Shown: piece by piece, positions 11,808-23,402 of the stretch
Numbering within the stretch: the stretch's first letter is position 1
How the letters are laid out: every line of letters starts with the position of its first letter
Source of the DNA: Paraspadella gotoi
Lineage: Eukaryota > Animalia > Chaetognatha
Direction of reading: 5' to 3'
Length of the DNA stretch: 32,577 bases
Assembly (NCBI GenBank): GCA_051294375.1
Contig: JBJCIZ010000236.1
Location: forward strand, 1-32,577
Notes under the pieces: model-generated
Told to the model about the DNA's origin: nothing
Databases searched by the model: none
What the model saw: the letters and a program-made list of their open reading frames with translations, nothing else
Translations under genes and position numbers: made by a program

Positions 11808-12675
11808 GAGAATGGAATATGAATGACACAAGAGAATGGAGTCTGATGACAAGAGAATGGAATCTGATGAAAAAGGAGAATTGGAATCTGATGACAACGG
11901 AGAAATGGATCTATGACAAAGGAGAACTGGAATCTGGTGGCAAGGGAATCTGATGACTAGGGAAAAAATGGAATCTCCTGAAGAAGAAGTGGCATAGGAA
12001 TGACCAACCAGATGCGAATCTCCACGGAAGAGAATGCGATTCCATCGAAGAGAGAGGCGGTTCCATAGAAGAGGGATGCGGTCTCCATCAAAGAGAATGC
12101 GATTCATCGAAGAGAGATGCGGTTCCATAGAAGAGGGATGCGCCCATCGAAGAAAAGAGATGCGGCTCCATCGAAGAGAGATCGCGGTTCTATTCGAGGA
12201 GAGTTACCGATCCAATGAGACAGATGCGGTTTCCATCCAGAAATGCGGTTCCATCCGAAGAGAGAAGCCGGTCTCTCATCGAAGAGAAACTGCGGTTCCA
12301 TCGAAGAGGAGATCCGGCTCCACGCCAGAGAGAATATCTTTCATCGAGGACGAATTACGATTCCCACGAAGAGAGATGCGGTCCACCGAAGAGAGATCGG
12401 TCTTCCATAGAGGAGATATACGAATTCCACCGATGAGAGATACGGCTCATCGAAGACGAGATACACGGTTCCATCGAAGAGAGATGCGATCCAATCGAAA
12501 AAGTTACGAATCCATCGAAAGAGAGATGCGGTTTACCATCAACCAGAGAGACCGAATCTATCATTTCGATAGAAAGCAAGAAAAAAATAGAATCTGAGTA
12601 TGAACCAAGACACATAGCAAGAAATGGAATCTGTCAGAGAACAAGAGTGGAATCTGCTGCGGAGCAAGAGTGGCA
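11808..12675 (+). repeat. Compound minisatellite with units of about 21 bp
   Basis: Unit A gaatggaatctgatgacaaga (11808-11980 and again about 12620-12675) flanks unit B gagatgcggttccatcgaaga (about 12010-12545). Confidence 0.85.
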
Positions 12676-13778
12676 TGCTTGAACAGGACTGAAACAATTA
12701 TGGGAAATTCAACAAAAGTCAAGACCCAGCGAGCCTACACCTTCAGCTCCACGCCCAAATATCCTCGTCACTAATGGAGTGAAGAGACATGGTGGAAGAT
12801 GAAATAGTGAGCTTGGGCTCTTCTCCAAGACTGCGGAAAACAAATCAAATACAAGAACAATGGAAATCTGAAAACAGAAAAAACAAAATTACACAAATGA
12901 GAAATGATCGCCATCCGCGCAAAAAAAACACTTAACCTTCACAAACAAAATTGTGGCGTCCTCCTGATCTTCATTGAGGTTGATGAAACAGAAAGATTAT
13001 CCTGACTTCACTCCGTCTCTTACAAAGGCAGGTTCCCAGTGAACAAGTAGAACTGCCACAGACTGGAACCAAGATCTGATTGGCAAAGAAAAGATTTCCC
13101 AACAAAAAAAGTTGCCACAGAACATGGAACCAACAATTCACCGCAAGCCACGCACCACGCTGGCCCTCCCAAGCCTTCTGGCACCAGCGCGGACACGCCA
13201 CTTCCGAACCCTGCAAGCCCATGGAAAACAAGGAGAAGCAACGCCATGGAAGCATCAACATACAATAAGCAACAAGAGCACGCGGGCGTGTCTCGCAAAA
13301 AAAAAAAACTACAAACAAAAAAATCCGCATATTACGCTTGAAGATCAACGATCAACAGCAACGAGACGCTGTGATACGGGATAATATGGGCATGGGAACT
13401 CGCACATTCACACAGGCATCACCATTGGTTGTAAATACTATTTTCGTTTTTTTTTTTTTTGTCTCTCTCTTTTTGTTTCTTAACTTTCTTTTACATACTG
13501 CCAATCTTTTATTTTTTCTTAGTTCTAGCCGTGTCTATGCTATTCGTCCAAGTCATCATTAGCATTGTACTACGTGTTCTATGAATCTGTCATGACGTTG
13601 AATTATTGATTACCCCCTCCCCTCCCACCCCATTTTTGTTTTTTTTTTTACTCCCTGCATCCAACACCGCATGCACCGTCCTAGCGCTTTTTTTTTCCAC
13701 TTAGGACCTCATGCACGTGCACGAGGACACCCGTGCCATTCGGGCGCGTGTTGTCCTCTCGGGCATTATTGGGGCCCG

Positions 13779-14039
13779 TAAGAGGAGGCGACGACGAAGA
13801 TTCTTCTTCCCCCTCCCATTTCGCATTCCTTCTCCTTTTCGATCGGGGGTTCGCGCGAAGCCACTGAGATTTGTCCATTCTAGTGTATCACTTCCCACTT
13901 TCTCTCGTCTCCCTGTCAAGAAACCTATTTCACGCTCCTGCTGTACGTTTTTATTATTTTCGTGTTCGTTTTTTTCATTACACATACGCTTCACCACTAC
14001 CTCATCGTACGTGTTTACTTTAGCCAGAGTCATTGCTCA
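13779..14039 (+). repeat. 3' LTR of outer LTR element (LTR-A)
   Basis: Direct repeat of 501-750, clearly alignable to 14027; possible CA end at 14039. Confidence 0.75.
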
Positions 14040-17000
14040 GGGCTTAAAAAAGACAACAAAGCTTGAAAAAAAGAAAAAAAAAACATGCGGTCTTTGGCTT
14101 AACCTGCAAAAAAAAATAAAATGTTTTAATTCTTTATAGAACAAAAACAACAAAAAATACTTTTATATAAACAAAAAGGTGAGGAAACTTTTTTCGTTTT
14201 GTTGGTGCTAAATTTTGTTTTTATACATTACTAGGAAAAGAGTGAGCATTATCATTTTATTTGAGTTAATAACATATTACAGTAAAAAAATTAATATTAT
14301 TTAAAAATTTTAATTTAGGGGCCACTTGGAGGCTAATAAAAAAGTGAGGGTAAATCTTTTATTTGTCACGGGTGAGGTTCAGTTTTATCAAATTGTCAAA
14401 CTGTCATTATCTTGTACACTACGGCGCAAAAAAAAAAACCCTTTTTCACATCGAAAAAAACCGTATTAGATGGCTGAATTTTACAAAGATACATAAAATA
14501 AAGCTTATTGCACGATAAAGCGATTGGTACAAGTCCCAATAAAATCGAGAAAAGTTTTCGAAAGTTATAGGTTGACAAAGTCGATTGGTACAAAAATCGA
14601 AAAAGAAGAAATTAGTTTTCGTCAAAAAGAGTAAAGGACTTTTCCCTATTAAAAGTGTTTATAATATTAAATTGGTACAACCAATATAAAATTATCCATT
14701 CATTTAATAAATAAGCTATCTTGCCCCTGACTTTGGACAGGCTTTGGTGGTTTAAGGCCACCATCACTCTTACAAGATAATAACATAGCAAGTCCCTGCA
14801 AGCTTTTAATCAAGACTCTCTCTGTCTCACAGTTTTGTTTATTCACTCCCAGAGTACCTGGCGTCCCTATCGATGAAGTGGTATAATGTTTCAAAGAATG
14901 TTTCAATTGTATTGTAATAATAGAATTTTTTGGAACCAATTGATTGTTTATTAAAAAAGATATATTTTTTTAAATATTTTCTTAGAATTAAAAAAGAAAT
15001 AGTTGTTTAACCAATTTGATTAACTAAATTAATTAGCCTTTTTGAATATTTTTAGTCGGATCTGCTTATCCGCAGATCCCGACTCTATAATTCACTTTGT
15101 CGGTCCGTCGGTCCGCCCCCTCAATATTGTCGGGCACTAACTTATATCATGTCAGAACATCGAATTATGATAAATTAATGCAAAAAAATTGATGTCCGTC
15201 CCGTCCGTCCGTCCGTCCGTCCGTCCGTCCCACCTTAGCAAAAAAACACCAATTACTCGTTATTGCATGGATGGATTGGAATGAAATTTTGTGTGCGGGT
15301 AGGGAAGTGGGTGATTGAGATGTATATGAAGTTTCGAGGGAATCGTGCGAGTGGAAATTGTGTTAAATGGAAAAAACAAAAAAATATAATTCACTATTTG
15401 AACACCAATTGCTCATGAGTGGATGGGGCGATTGGCCGGAATTTTATATGTGGGTAGGAAAGTGTGTGATTGAACAGGAAATCAAGTTTCGATGGAATCG
15501 TTTGAGTGGAAATGAGTTTAAATGAAAAAAAAACAAAAACCTGTTTCACTAATTGATTTTTGCTTCTTTTTCCTTTTATATTAAATGTATTGCAGGATGT
15601 ATTAATAAATCAAATAATTAATCAGTTAATTAATCAATTAGTCAATTAATTAATCAATAATTCATTAATCAGCTAGATATAAAGTTTTGACGGAATTGTG
15701 CCAGTGGAATTGAGTTTAAATGGAAAAAAACATAAGTCACATTTACTTGAATCTTTATGATTTATGATTACTAATAAATGTTTTAATAATTAATTAATTA
15801 ATGTGGAAAAATGTTGCAATTTAAAAAAGTTATGCAAGTTGAAAAAAATGATGCAAGTTGAAAAAATGATGCAAGTTAAAAAAAATCTTAAAAGCATAAG
15901 GATTGTCGCAATTGCATAATTGCGAGAGAGAAAGAGAGAGAGAGAGAGAGGGAAATAAAAAGGAAATTAAAACTTGATGTTGCAATAGCAAAATGATAAC
16001 ATGCACGAATGCGATGCATAATTTTACGAGTTCAATCCTAATTCATTTTTTTTTTTAACAAAAACGCAGAGAGAGAGAGAGAGAGAGAGAGAGATCGTTT
16101 TCGGACGAATCAGCAGCGGCAGCAGCAGAGACAGCCAGAAAAAAAAAGAAATCAAAAGGCAGCAGCAGAAGCAGCAGGAGAAAAGAGAGAAAAAGAAAAA
16201 GCCCCTGCAGAGCCTTCTGCAGACTCGTTTTTTCCCGATGAATCAGAACTGGGGAAAAGGGAGAGAGATAGCTACATATAATTAAAAGAGAAAATCAGTT
16301 AATTAATCAATAATTAATTAATCAGTCAATTTATCAATCAATAATTATTCAATCAATCAATTTATTTATCTATTAATAATTATTCAATCAATCAATTCAT
16401 TTATCTATTATTTGATATTCAATCAATCAATCAAGTCAATCATTATCGGCATTATTCTCATCGTCGTCATTGTTTTGTCATGGTTAGTGACGAAAATACC
16501 TAAAAACAAACATTTCAATCAAATAAATTAACTAATTGCCTAATTAATTGCTCATGAGTGGATGGGGCAATTGACCTAGAATTTTGTATGTGGGTAGGAA
16601 AGTGTGTGATTGAACAGGAAAACAATTTTCGATGGAATCGTTTGAGTGGAAATGAGTTTAAATGGAAAAAACAAAAAAATGATTATGCTCTTTTTTCCTT
16701 TTATATTAAATGTATATGCAGGATGTATTAATTAATCAAATAATTAATCAGTTAATTAATAAATTAGTCAATTAATCAATTAATTAATTAATCAGTCATT
16801 TAATCCGTCCATCCGTCCCACCTTAGCAAAAAGCTCCAAATACTCGTGATTGCTGGTTGAATTGGAATGAAATTTTGTGTGTGGGTAGGAAAATGTGTGA
16901 CGAAGCTTGATATAAAGTTTCGGTGGAAACGTACGAGTGGAAATGAGTTTAAATGAAAAAATATGAGTCACATTTACTTGAATCTTTTTATTTATTTTAA

Positions 17001-17191
17001 CCCATGAATAGATTGAGATGAAATTTTGTGAGCGGTAGAAAGTGTGAGAAGAAGCCAGATATAAAGTTTTGATGGAATTGTGCAAGTGGAAATGAGTTTA
17101 AATGGAAAAAAACATAAGTCACAGTTACTTGAATCTTTATTATTAATGATTACTAATAAATGTTTTAATTAATTAATTAATGAATTAATTT

Positions 17192-17398
17192 GAAAAAATG
17201 ATGCAATTTAAAAAAAATTATGCAAGTTGAAAAAATGATGCAAGTTGAAAAAATGATGCAAGTTGAAAGAATGATGCAAGTTGAAAGAATGATGCAAGTT
17301 GAAAAAATGATGCAAATTTAAAAAATGATGCAAATTGAAAAAATGATGCAAAATGAAAAAATGATGCAAGTTGAAAAAATTATGCAAGTTAAAAAAAT
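17192..17398 (+). repeat. 17-bp tandem array (aaaaatgatgcaagttg)n inside the HINE
   Basis: About 12 units visible; a shorter array of the same unit lies at about 15807-15885. Confidence 0.9.
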
Positions 17399-17475
17399 CT
17401 TAAAAGCAATCGTCGCAATTGCAAAAAAAGAGAGAGTGAGAGAGAGAGAAAGAGACATAAAATAAAATAATTATT

Positions 17476-17652
17476 TATTAATAATTAATAATTAAATAAT
17501 AATTAATAATTAATTAATAATTAATTAATAATTAATTAATAATTAATTAACAATTAATTAATAATTATTAATAATTAATTAATAATTAATTGTTAATTAA
17601 TTATTAATTAATTATTAATTAATTGTTAATTAATTATTAATTAATTAATTAT
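17476..17652. repeat. Almost pure A/T 11-bp satellite that switches orientation midway
   Basis: (aattaattaat)n changes to (aattaattatt)n around 17590. Confidence 0.8.
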
Positions 17653-17945
17653 CGTAGGCAGATCCGACATTGTTTGCTCAAACTTGTTTATTATACAGAA
17701 CTATCAAAACAAATTAAAACATATTTATTTTTTTTTTTAATAGTTATTATTAAAATGTTTATGTTCTCTTTTGCCTTATATTCAACCTTACGATAACGCA
17801 TTAATCTTATTTGCATATTCGAGTCACTGGATTTTTATTACTAACCTTTTGAGCATACTTGACCTACCGGCTGTGTATCTAATTTCCATTAAATATGGTT
17901 CTGATCATATTTTGAAAGTTTTTTGAAAATCTGAATTTAGATTCA

Positions 17946-18475
17946 GGCACTATCAGAATATCAAACTATGATAAATTATGCAAAAAAACGATGTCCGTCC
18001 GTCCGTCCGTTTGTCTGTCTGTCTGTCTGGCTGTCTGTCTGTCTGTCCCACCTTAGTAAAAAAGTCCAATTACTCGTGATTTGATGGATGGATTGGAATT
18101 AAATTTTGTATGTGGGTAGAAAAGTAAGTAAGCTGGATATTAAGTTTCGATGGAATCGTTTGAACCTGTTTCACTAATTGATTTTGCTTCTTTTTCTTTT
18201 TATATTATATGTAAATGCAAGATGTATTAATTAATCAAATAATTAATCTGTTAATTAATCAATAAGTTAATTAATTAATCAATAATTAATTAATCAGTCA
18301 ATAAAGCAATCAAAAGAAACATTTCGGATCAAATTAATTAATTATATGCCTTATTAATTAATTAATTAACTTGAATTAATTAATTAACTTGAATTAATTA
18401 ATTATTAATTAATTAATTAATTATTTAATTACCGATAATGATCGTGTGCAGATCCGACATTGTTTGCTGTCTTGT
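17946..18475 (+). mobile_element. 5'-truncated second copy of the same HINE family
   Basis: Matches the first copy from ggcacta..tatgataaatt onward, has (GTCY)n at 17993-18048, one core repeat, and the 3' end gcagatccgacattgtttgct (18448-18468). Confidence 0.8.
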
Positions 18476-19110
18476 AATTTATATTTAAGTAAATATTTAA
18501 GTATGAGAAACTTAAATGTTAAATATTTTTTATTCATAATTTTTTATCTTGGAGCTAACTTTTTGCAAAATGAAAGGAATTTTTTGGCAAAAATTTTATT
18601 GTATAACACTTATTTGCAAAAACTAAAACAAATAATTTTGTATGAGGTTTCATGTGCAGTTTTTTTTTTTACTTTTCAAGTTAGTTCGTCTTTTTTTGCA
18701 AAGACATAATTCATTAGTTGTGAATAAGAATACAACTGGAAGTAAATCTTCATCAAAGAGAGAGAGAGCTGAGGTAAGGGAAGGATCCCTCCGCCCCCCC
18801 TCCCTTCACATCTTATAAAACACTGTTGTAGCGGCCTAACTACAAAATATTGAACTTATTGAAACCACTTAATTAAACGTTAAAGTGTATTTAAATAAAA
18901 ACAATATTACAAACAATGTTTTCTTCTACTCTAAAAAGAGAGAGTGTTTGGCCTTTTTATACTGAAGTTTTGTTTTTTTTTCTTATGTGTGAAGAATTCT
19001 GTCTCGTCAGTGGCAGTTACGAGCGACCACGCTAGTATCCACTAAGTCCACATCGTCCACAATGTCCACATCGTCTGGTTTCTAATTTTTAAAAAATAAG
19101 AATAACCAGA

Positions 19111-19367
19111 TTCTTTTAACGTCATCTCATGCACAGTTAGTATAATGATTAAAAAGTTCAATTTCATAATGGAGTGCAGTGCAAAAAAAGAAATTTATAA
19201 ATTTTACATATATTTCGACATAAGTTTCTATGTCATCTTCAGTGGAAGAAAAAGAATTAACAAACAAAATTTTTACAAAGTAAAAAAAAGAGAAATAAGG
19301 AGAGAGAGACACATTATAAATTTCTTTTTTTGCACTGCACTCCATTATGAAATTGAACTTTTTAATC
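19111..19367 (-). mobile_element. Non-coding Penelope-like (pLTR-type) insertion with an inverted end and 13-bp target site duplication
   Basis: Flanking direct repeat aagaataaccaga (19098-19110 and 19368-19380); perfect 55-bp inverted repeat (19146-19200 and 19314-19368); 35-nt unpaired tail (19111-19145); hammerhead core in the spacer. Confidence 0.75.
19203..19248 (-). ncRNA. Minimal type I hammerhead ribozyme motif (stem I imperfect)
   Basis: Minus strand CTGAAGA-T-GACATAG-AAAC-TTATGTC-GAAA-TATA-T: intact core boxes, 7-bp stem II and palindromic loop III, but poor stem I pairing. Confidence 0.65.
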
Positions 19368-19380
19368 AAGAATAACCAGA

Positions 19381-20040
19381 CTTTTCGTTGACAGCTTTGA
19401 TCATCCTCGAGCATCATCATTATTAAATACTACTATAATCATCCTTTTTCCCTTATCATCATCATGTTAGCTAAAGTTAGTCTAACATATAAGATACTAC
19501 ACTGTTACCCAATTGTTCCACTTCACATATGCACCCCAGTCTTCGTTCATTCCTTTGTTTGGCCCACTTTCAAAGCGTCGAATCCATAAAGCTTCTTTAA
19601 CTTTGAAGTTAAATTTTTCTGTCTTTGTCTTTCCTCCTTTCAAATGTTGAGTGAGGCCACAGTGCGTCCATTGTCCAACTTCTGCTTCTTTAACGTGTTC
19701 TTTGTGGTTCACCTCAAAACTGCTTGAAGTTTCGCTAATATAATCAATTTTGTGACGAGGGCAATGATATTTGTAGCATCCTTTTTCTTTCTTCTTTTCT
19801 TCTGGTAGTATTTTTAAGTTTTTGGCCAGAGGAGGGGAAGGCATTGCAACCAGCCTTGTTGATGGCTGATGTGACAGACCTGGTATGAAAGGAAGGGCAG
19901 AGTCTTATGTCGCCAAGGGTGTCTTTATGGAATAAAAAAATGGCAAAAAGGGTTGCTATATCTTTTTCAGGCCATCTGGGTTGCTTTTCAATAGTTCCCC
20001 AACAGTCATCCATATAGATGGACAGGTGGTCTGGTCTTGA
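19381..20040 (-). pseudogene. Internally deleted Penelope-like element: RT and GIY-YIG endonuclease remnant
   Basis: Minus strand: I-Y-M-D-D-C-W-G (YMDD at 20016-20005), A-L-P-F-I-P-G-L-S (about 19899-19873), then G-C-Y-K-Y-H-C...Y-I-S-E-T...K-E-H...H...K-V-K-E-A-L-W-I...M-N-E-D-W-G, the typical PLE GIY-YIG layout. A degenerate hammerhead-like motif lies in the 3' UTR (about 19378-19412). Confidence 0.8.
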
Positions 20041-20291
20041 TGTTTCAAGTTTTCACTATTTCTATAGACTGGTAGACTTACTGTAGATTTACTTCCAGTT
20101 GTATTCTTATTCACTACCAATAAATTATCTCTTTGTAAATAAAGACAAAATATATCATATATTAACTTAAAACCTTATTCAAAATTACTTTCACCTGTGC
20201 ATGCAATGACACTTTGTGAATAAAAGAGAAATAAAAATGTTGTTAAGGAAAAATTGTATATTAAAATTCTAATATTTTTATTAACTTTCAG

Positions 20292-21494
20292 AATGCTGTT
20301 GGGCATACTGATTGTCATAAATGTAAGGCAGGAACCGCAAGCAAACTTAAAAGGCGTGGAGGTCCATGTCCAATATGCCAGGGAGGATCATACACTTTAA
20401 AAGAAGGTCAAGCTCTATGCATTTCCTGCAAAAAGGGGCAAGGACTAAAATCTGTATCAGAAGGATGTCAAAGCTGTCCGAAAGGATATTTTCAGGATAA
20501 AACGAAGCAAAAACAATGTAAAAAATGTCCTGTTGGTTATTATTCAAATACAGAAGGTGCAACATCTTGTCAAAAATGTCCAAAAGGGAGGCATCAGGAT
20601 CAAACCGGTCAAACAAATTGCAAAATATGCAAAGAAGGATTTGCAAATAATAAACCTGGCAGCAAACTATGTACAGCATGTCGAAAGGGATATTATTCAA
20701 AGGGTGAAGAAAATTTTGTTTGTACTCCATGTAAGCCAGGTTATTATCAACCCACGACCGGAAAAACTAGATGTCTTGAATGTGAACCAGGAAAATTTTC
20801 AAAAGCTGGCAAAGCTAAATGTGAAGATTGTCCAAAAGGTCAATTTCAGCCTGATTATGCTCAAGGTGAATGTTTTAGATGCAAGGAAGGAACGATTTCC
20901 AAAGAGAAAGGTTCAAAAAAATGCGATCCTTGCAAAGAAAACACATATATTGAAAAACAAGGAAAATCAGCATGTAAAAAATGTGCTGCTGGTTTAAAAG
21001 CTGCACCTGGCAGTAAAATTTGCGCCGGATGTGAAGCTGGTAGTGGGATTGGAGTAGTACGTTTTGGATACTCTGAAGGAAGACCTGGTTCTTATCCCTC
21101 ATTTAATTCTTACAAATTAAAAAATGACATAATAAAGCACACTCCACAATGTGCATTTGAAAACTGCAAATTAGAGCCCCTTTTAAAATATTGGGAATCG
21201 GATGAAACTGATATCTGGCCTAAATTGCTTTATTTTAAATTCAAAAAAAAACAAAGTATACAAGCATTTTCGATTGATACAGTTGAAGGGAGAGTACCAA
21301 TAGACAAGACAAGATTTTCATTTTATGGTTCAAATTCTAAAGATTGTGCTGATAAAAACTTTGATGTGCTGCACGAACCTACTGAAAAAAAACGAGTATC
21401 TGAATTTGAAAATAATGACAAATATTATTGTTATGGATTTCGCTTCCCTCGTTTGGATACATACAAGACTGCCGCAGTACGATATCCAATAAAG
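20292..21494 (+). CDS. Internal coding exon of a host gene: cysteine-rich CxxC repeat protein (GCC2/GCC3, ephrin-receptor-like repeats) with a discoidin/galactose-binding-like domain
   Basis: Acceptor ttaactttcag at 20281-20291 and donor aag|gtaagc at 21495; 1203 bp, 401 codons, no stop. Translation begins NAVGHTDCHKCKAG and includes CQSCPKGYFQDKTKQKQCKKCPVGYYSNTEGATSCQKCPKG (15 CxxC units at 15-18 aa spacing), then PQCAF...YWESDETDIWPKLLYFKF...FSFYGSN...YYCYGFRF. Confidence 0.9.
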
Positions 21495-22005
21495 GTAAGC
21501 ATGATATCATTAACTGACAAGGTAAAATTAAGTCCATAGTTAGGGACCGGCACAAAAATTTTGTATTTTCTTTCTGGGTTCCATGAATGGATTTAAACTT
21601 TTAATCAGACTCCCGCAAAGTTAATTGATCATTGATTGCCATTTTGATTGGTAATTTTTAGAAATGAACACTGACTAATGACTATTCATCAGTTTTTGCT
21701 CTTCATTTCTGAACCACATTTTTGAACAAAAACCTTTAAAAATTGCAAATATCTATAAGCAAAGGTTTAAAGTTTAAGACTGCATCTTCTTTTTGTCAAT
21801 TTTAAGCAATACATGGCTTTGGTGGCGTGAAAACTATGTCATAACCATTTTTTTCCTCATAAAGATGAAATAATAATATTGTTTTCTTAATTATAATTTA
21901 AAATGCTTTTATAAATAAAAGAGAGAGAGAGAGTCAGCAAAAACGTTTAATTGGATATCTCTGTCCCCAGATGGGGGAGGAACTTGACTATCAGGATGTG
22001 AATGA

Positions 22006-22063
22006 GGGGGAGGGAGGGGAAATAAAGGAGGTGGGAGGGGTAAGGGGGTAGGAGGGAGGAGGG
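22006..22063 (+). other. G-rich tract with G-quadruplex potential
   Basis: Eight runs of three or more G within 58 nt, about 500 nt downstream of the exon donor. Confidence 0.5.
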
Positions 22064-23021
22064 AACTTTCTTACATGAAGAATGTATATTTAAATTTTAC
22101 ATTCTACAATAAACATTTAATTTTTTTAATGGCAGATACCGAGTAAGGAACAACAATAACATTTTATCACAAGTGAACTCGGAAAAAAGTAAAAAAAGTA
22201 TAGGTTTGTTCTTTATTTCTTTTTTCCCAATCGATTCTTCTCTTCAACTAATCGCTCTTTCGTTTTTCTTCTACTTTCTCTCTCTCTCCGCATTCGTCCA
22301 AAAGGCCCCCTATTAGGACTAAGCTCTGACGAAAAAAGTCAGAGGTTTTTTTCAATATATTCTTTTACCGGCCAATGTAGAATGATGGCAATATTGCTAG
22401 TGTTAAGTTTGAAAAAATCGACCATAAATATAGAAAATATTAACCAAAATCTTCTGAAAATTAAGGGGTGAACTTAGGCAAAATTTTTTTCTTAAATAGG
22501 TAATAGACAATTTTTTGGTTTACCTAGTAGTTAACTGAATAAAAGTAGGCAATTTTTAATTGAGGAAAGGAGCTTTAAAACTAAGATATAACTGACAAAC
22601 TTATGATCTAATTTGCTAAGATTTAAAAGGGAAATATTATCTTTAATAATTTAAATCCAAATAATATTAAATTAAATTTAAAATTAAAATTAGGATATTT
22701 TTCGATATTAATTTTTAAACAAAATCTTTATCAAATATAAAACTTTAATTTGCTCAACATTGAAATTCAATTAGTTTTAGCCCAAATATTTTTAGAATAT
22801 TTTTAATGAAAGACAAAATAATTTTATAAAAAAAAATTAAGAGTTAAATATATTTATTCAGATTTAACCAAGTTTGGTGACAGGGGTTAGAGTCCATTAT
22901 ATAGTTGTTTTTAATTAAAATAAACATTTTTCAGAATGTTCAAAAATGTCATTTGTTATTTTGAGTTAAAATCTTTGTTAATGATAAAAAAATAGAAGGA
23001 AAACTTTTTTGGATTTTTTTA

Positions 23022-23360
23022 TTTTAAAATCTATTTAGAGAGAAAATAAATTTTTAATAACAATGTTTTTTATTATGATTAAACATACATGTTTCGACTT
23101 AATTTGCAAGTCTTTATCAGTGCTTATTTAGTTTTGATAGTACATAATTTTTTGTTTCACAAGTAAACAGTGAGAGAGATGGAGGGAAAGAGAAAGAGAG
23201 AGAAATAAATGTTTCCAACAAAGAATTAAAAAAATGACAGTGGTCAGTTTTGAGGACAGGGTAAGTTTGAGCAGAGAGAAAGAAGGTGGTGAGGAAAAGA
23301 AATTGAACTTTGGTAGAGAGAAAGAAAGATGTACAATGTATTGATCTAATTGTTGACCTC

Positions 23361-23402
<42 letters not shown>

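Larger units (their letters stand above)
501..14039 (+). mobile_element. Outer LTR element, probably non-autonomous (LARD-like), interrupted by a second LTR element
   Basis: LTR pair plus PBS. The internal region 7778-13778 contains tandem repeats but no RT or integrase motif I can confidently read. No clear TSD. Confidence 0.6.
15051..17688 (+). mobile_element. Helentron-associated non-autonomous element (HINE/DINE-1-like), full length
   Basis: T-run, then 5' hairpin agtcggatctgc-ttatcc-gcagatcc(c)gact (15054-15084), (GTCC)n microsatellite (15194-15230), internal core repeats of about 120 bp, 3' subterminal inverted repeat gcagatccgac (17658-17668) and a short 3' stem-loop gtttg-ctc-aaac. 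Confidence 0.8.

Noticed and set aside
12010-12545. Regular repeat array considered as CRISPR
   Set aside because: Units are contiguous with no unique spacers, the context is eukaryotic, and there are no cas genes.
13021-13045. YKGRFPV as an integrase GPF motif in the outer LTR element
   Set aside because: An isolated weak match without upstream DDE core motifs.
14700-14939. 79-aa minus-strand ORF
   Set aside because: No recognisable motif or convincing splice signals.
20347-21102. ORF-track entries 20347-20730, 20533-20997 and 20875-21102
   Set aside because: Off-frame or antisense shadows of the real cysteine-rich exon.
22136-22142. Possible 7-nt microexon (cag|ataccga|gtaagg)
   Set aside because: Such a short match is expected by chance and cannot be supported without RNA-seq.
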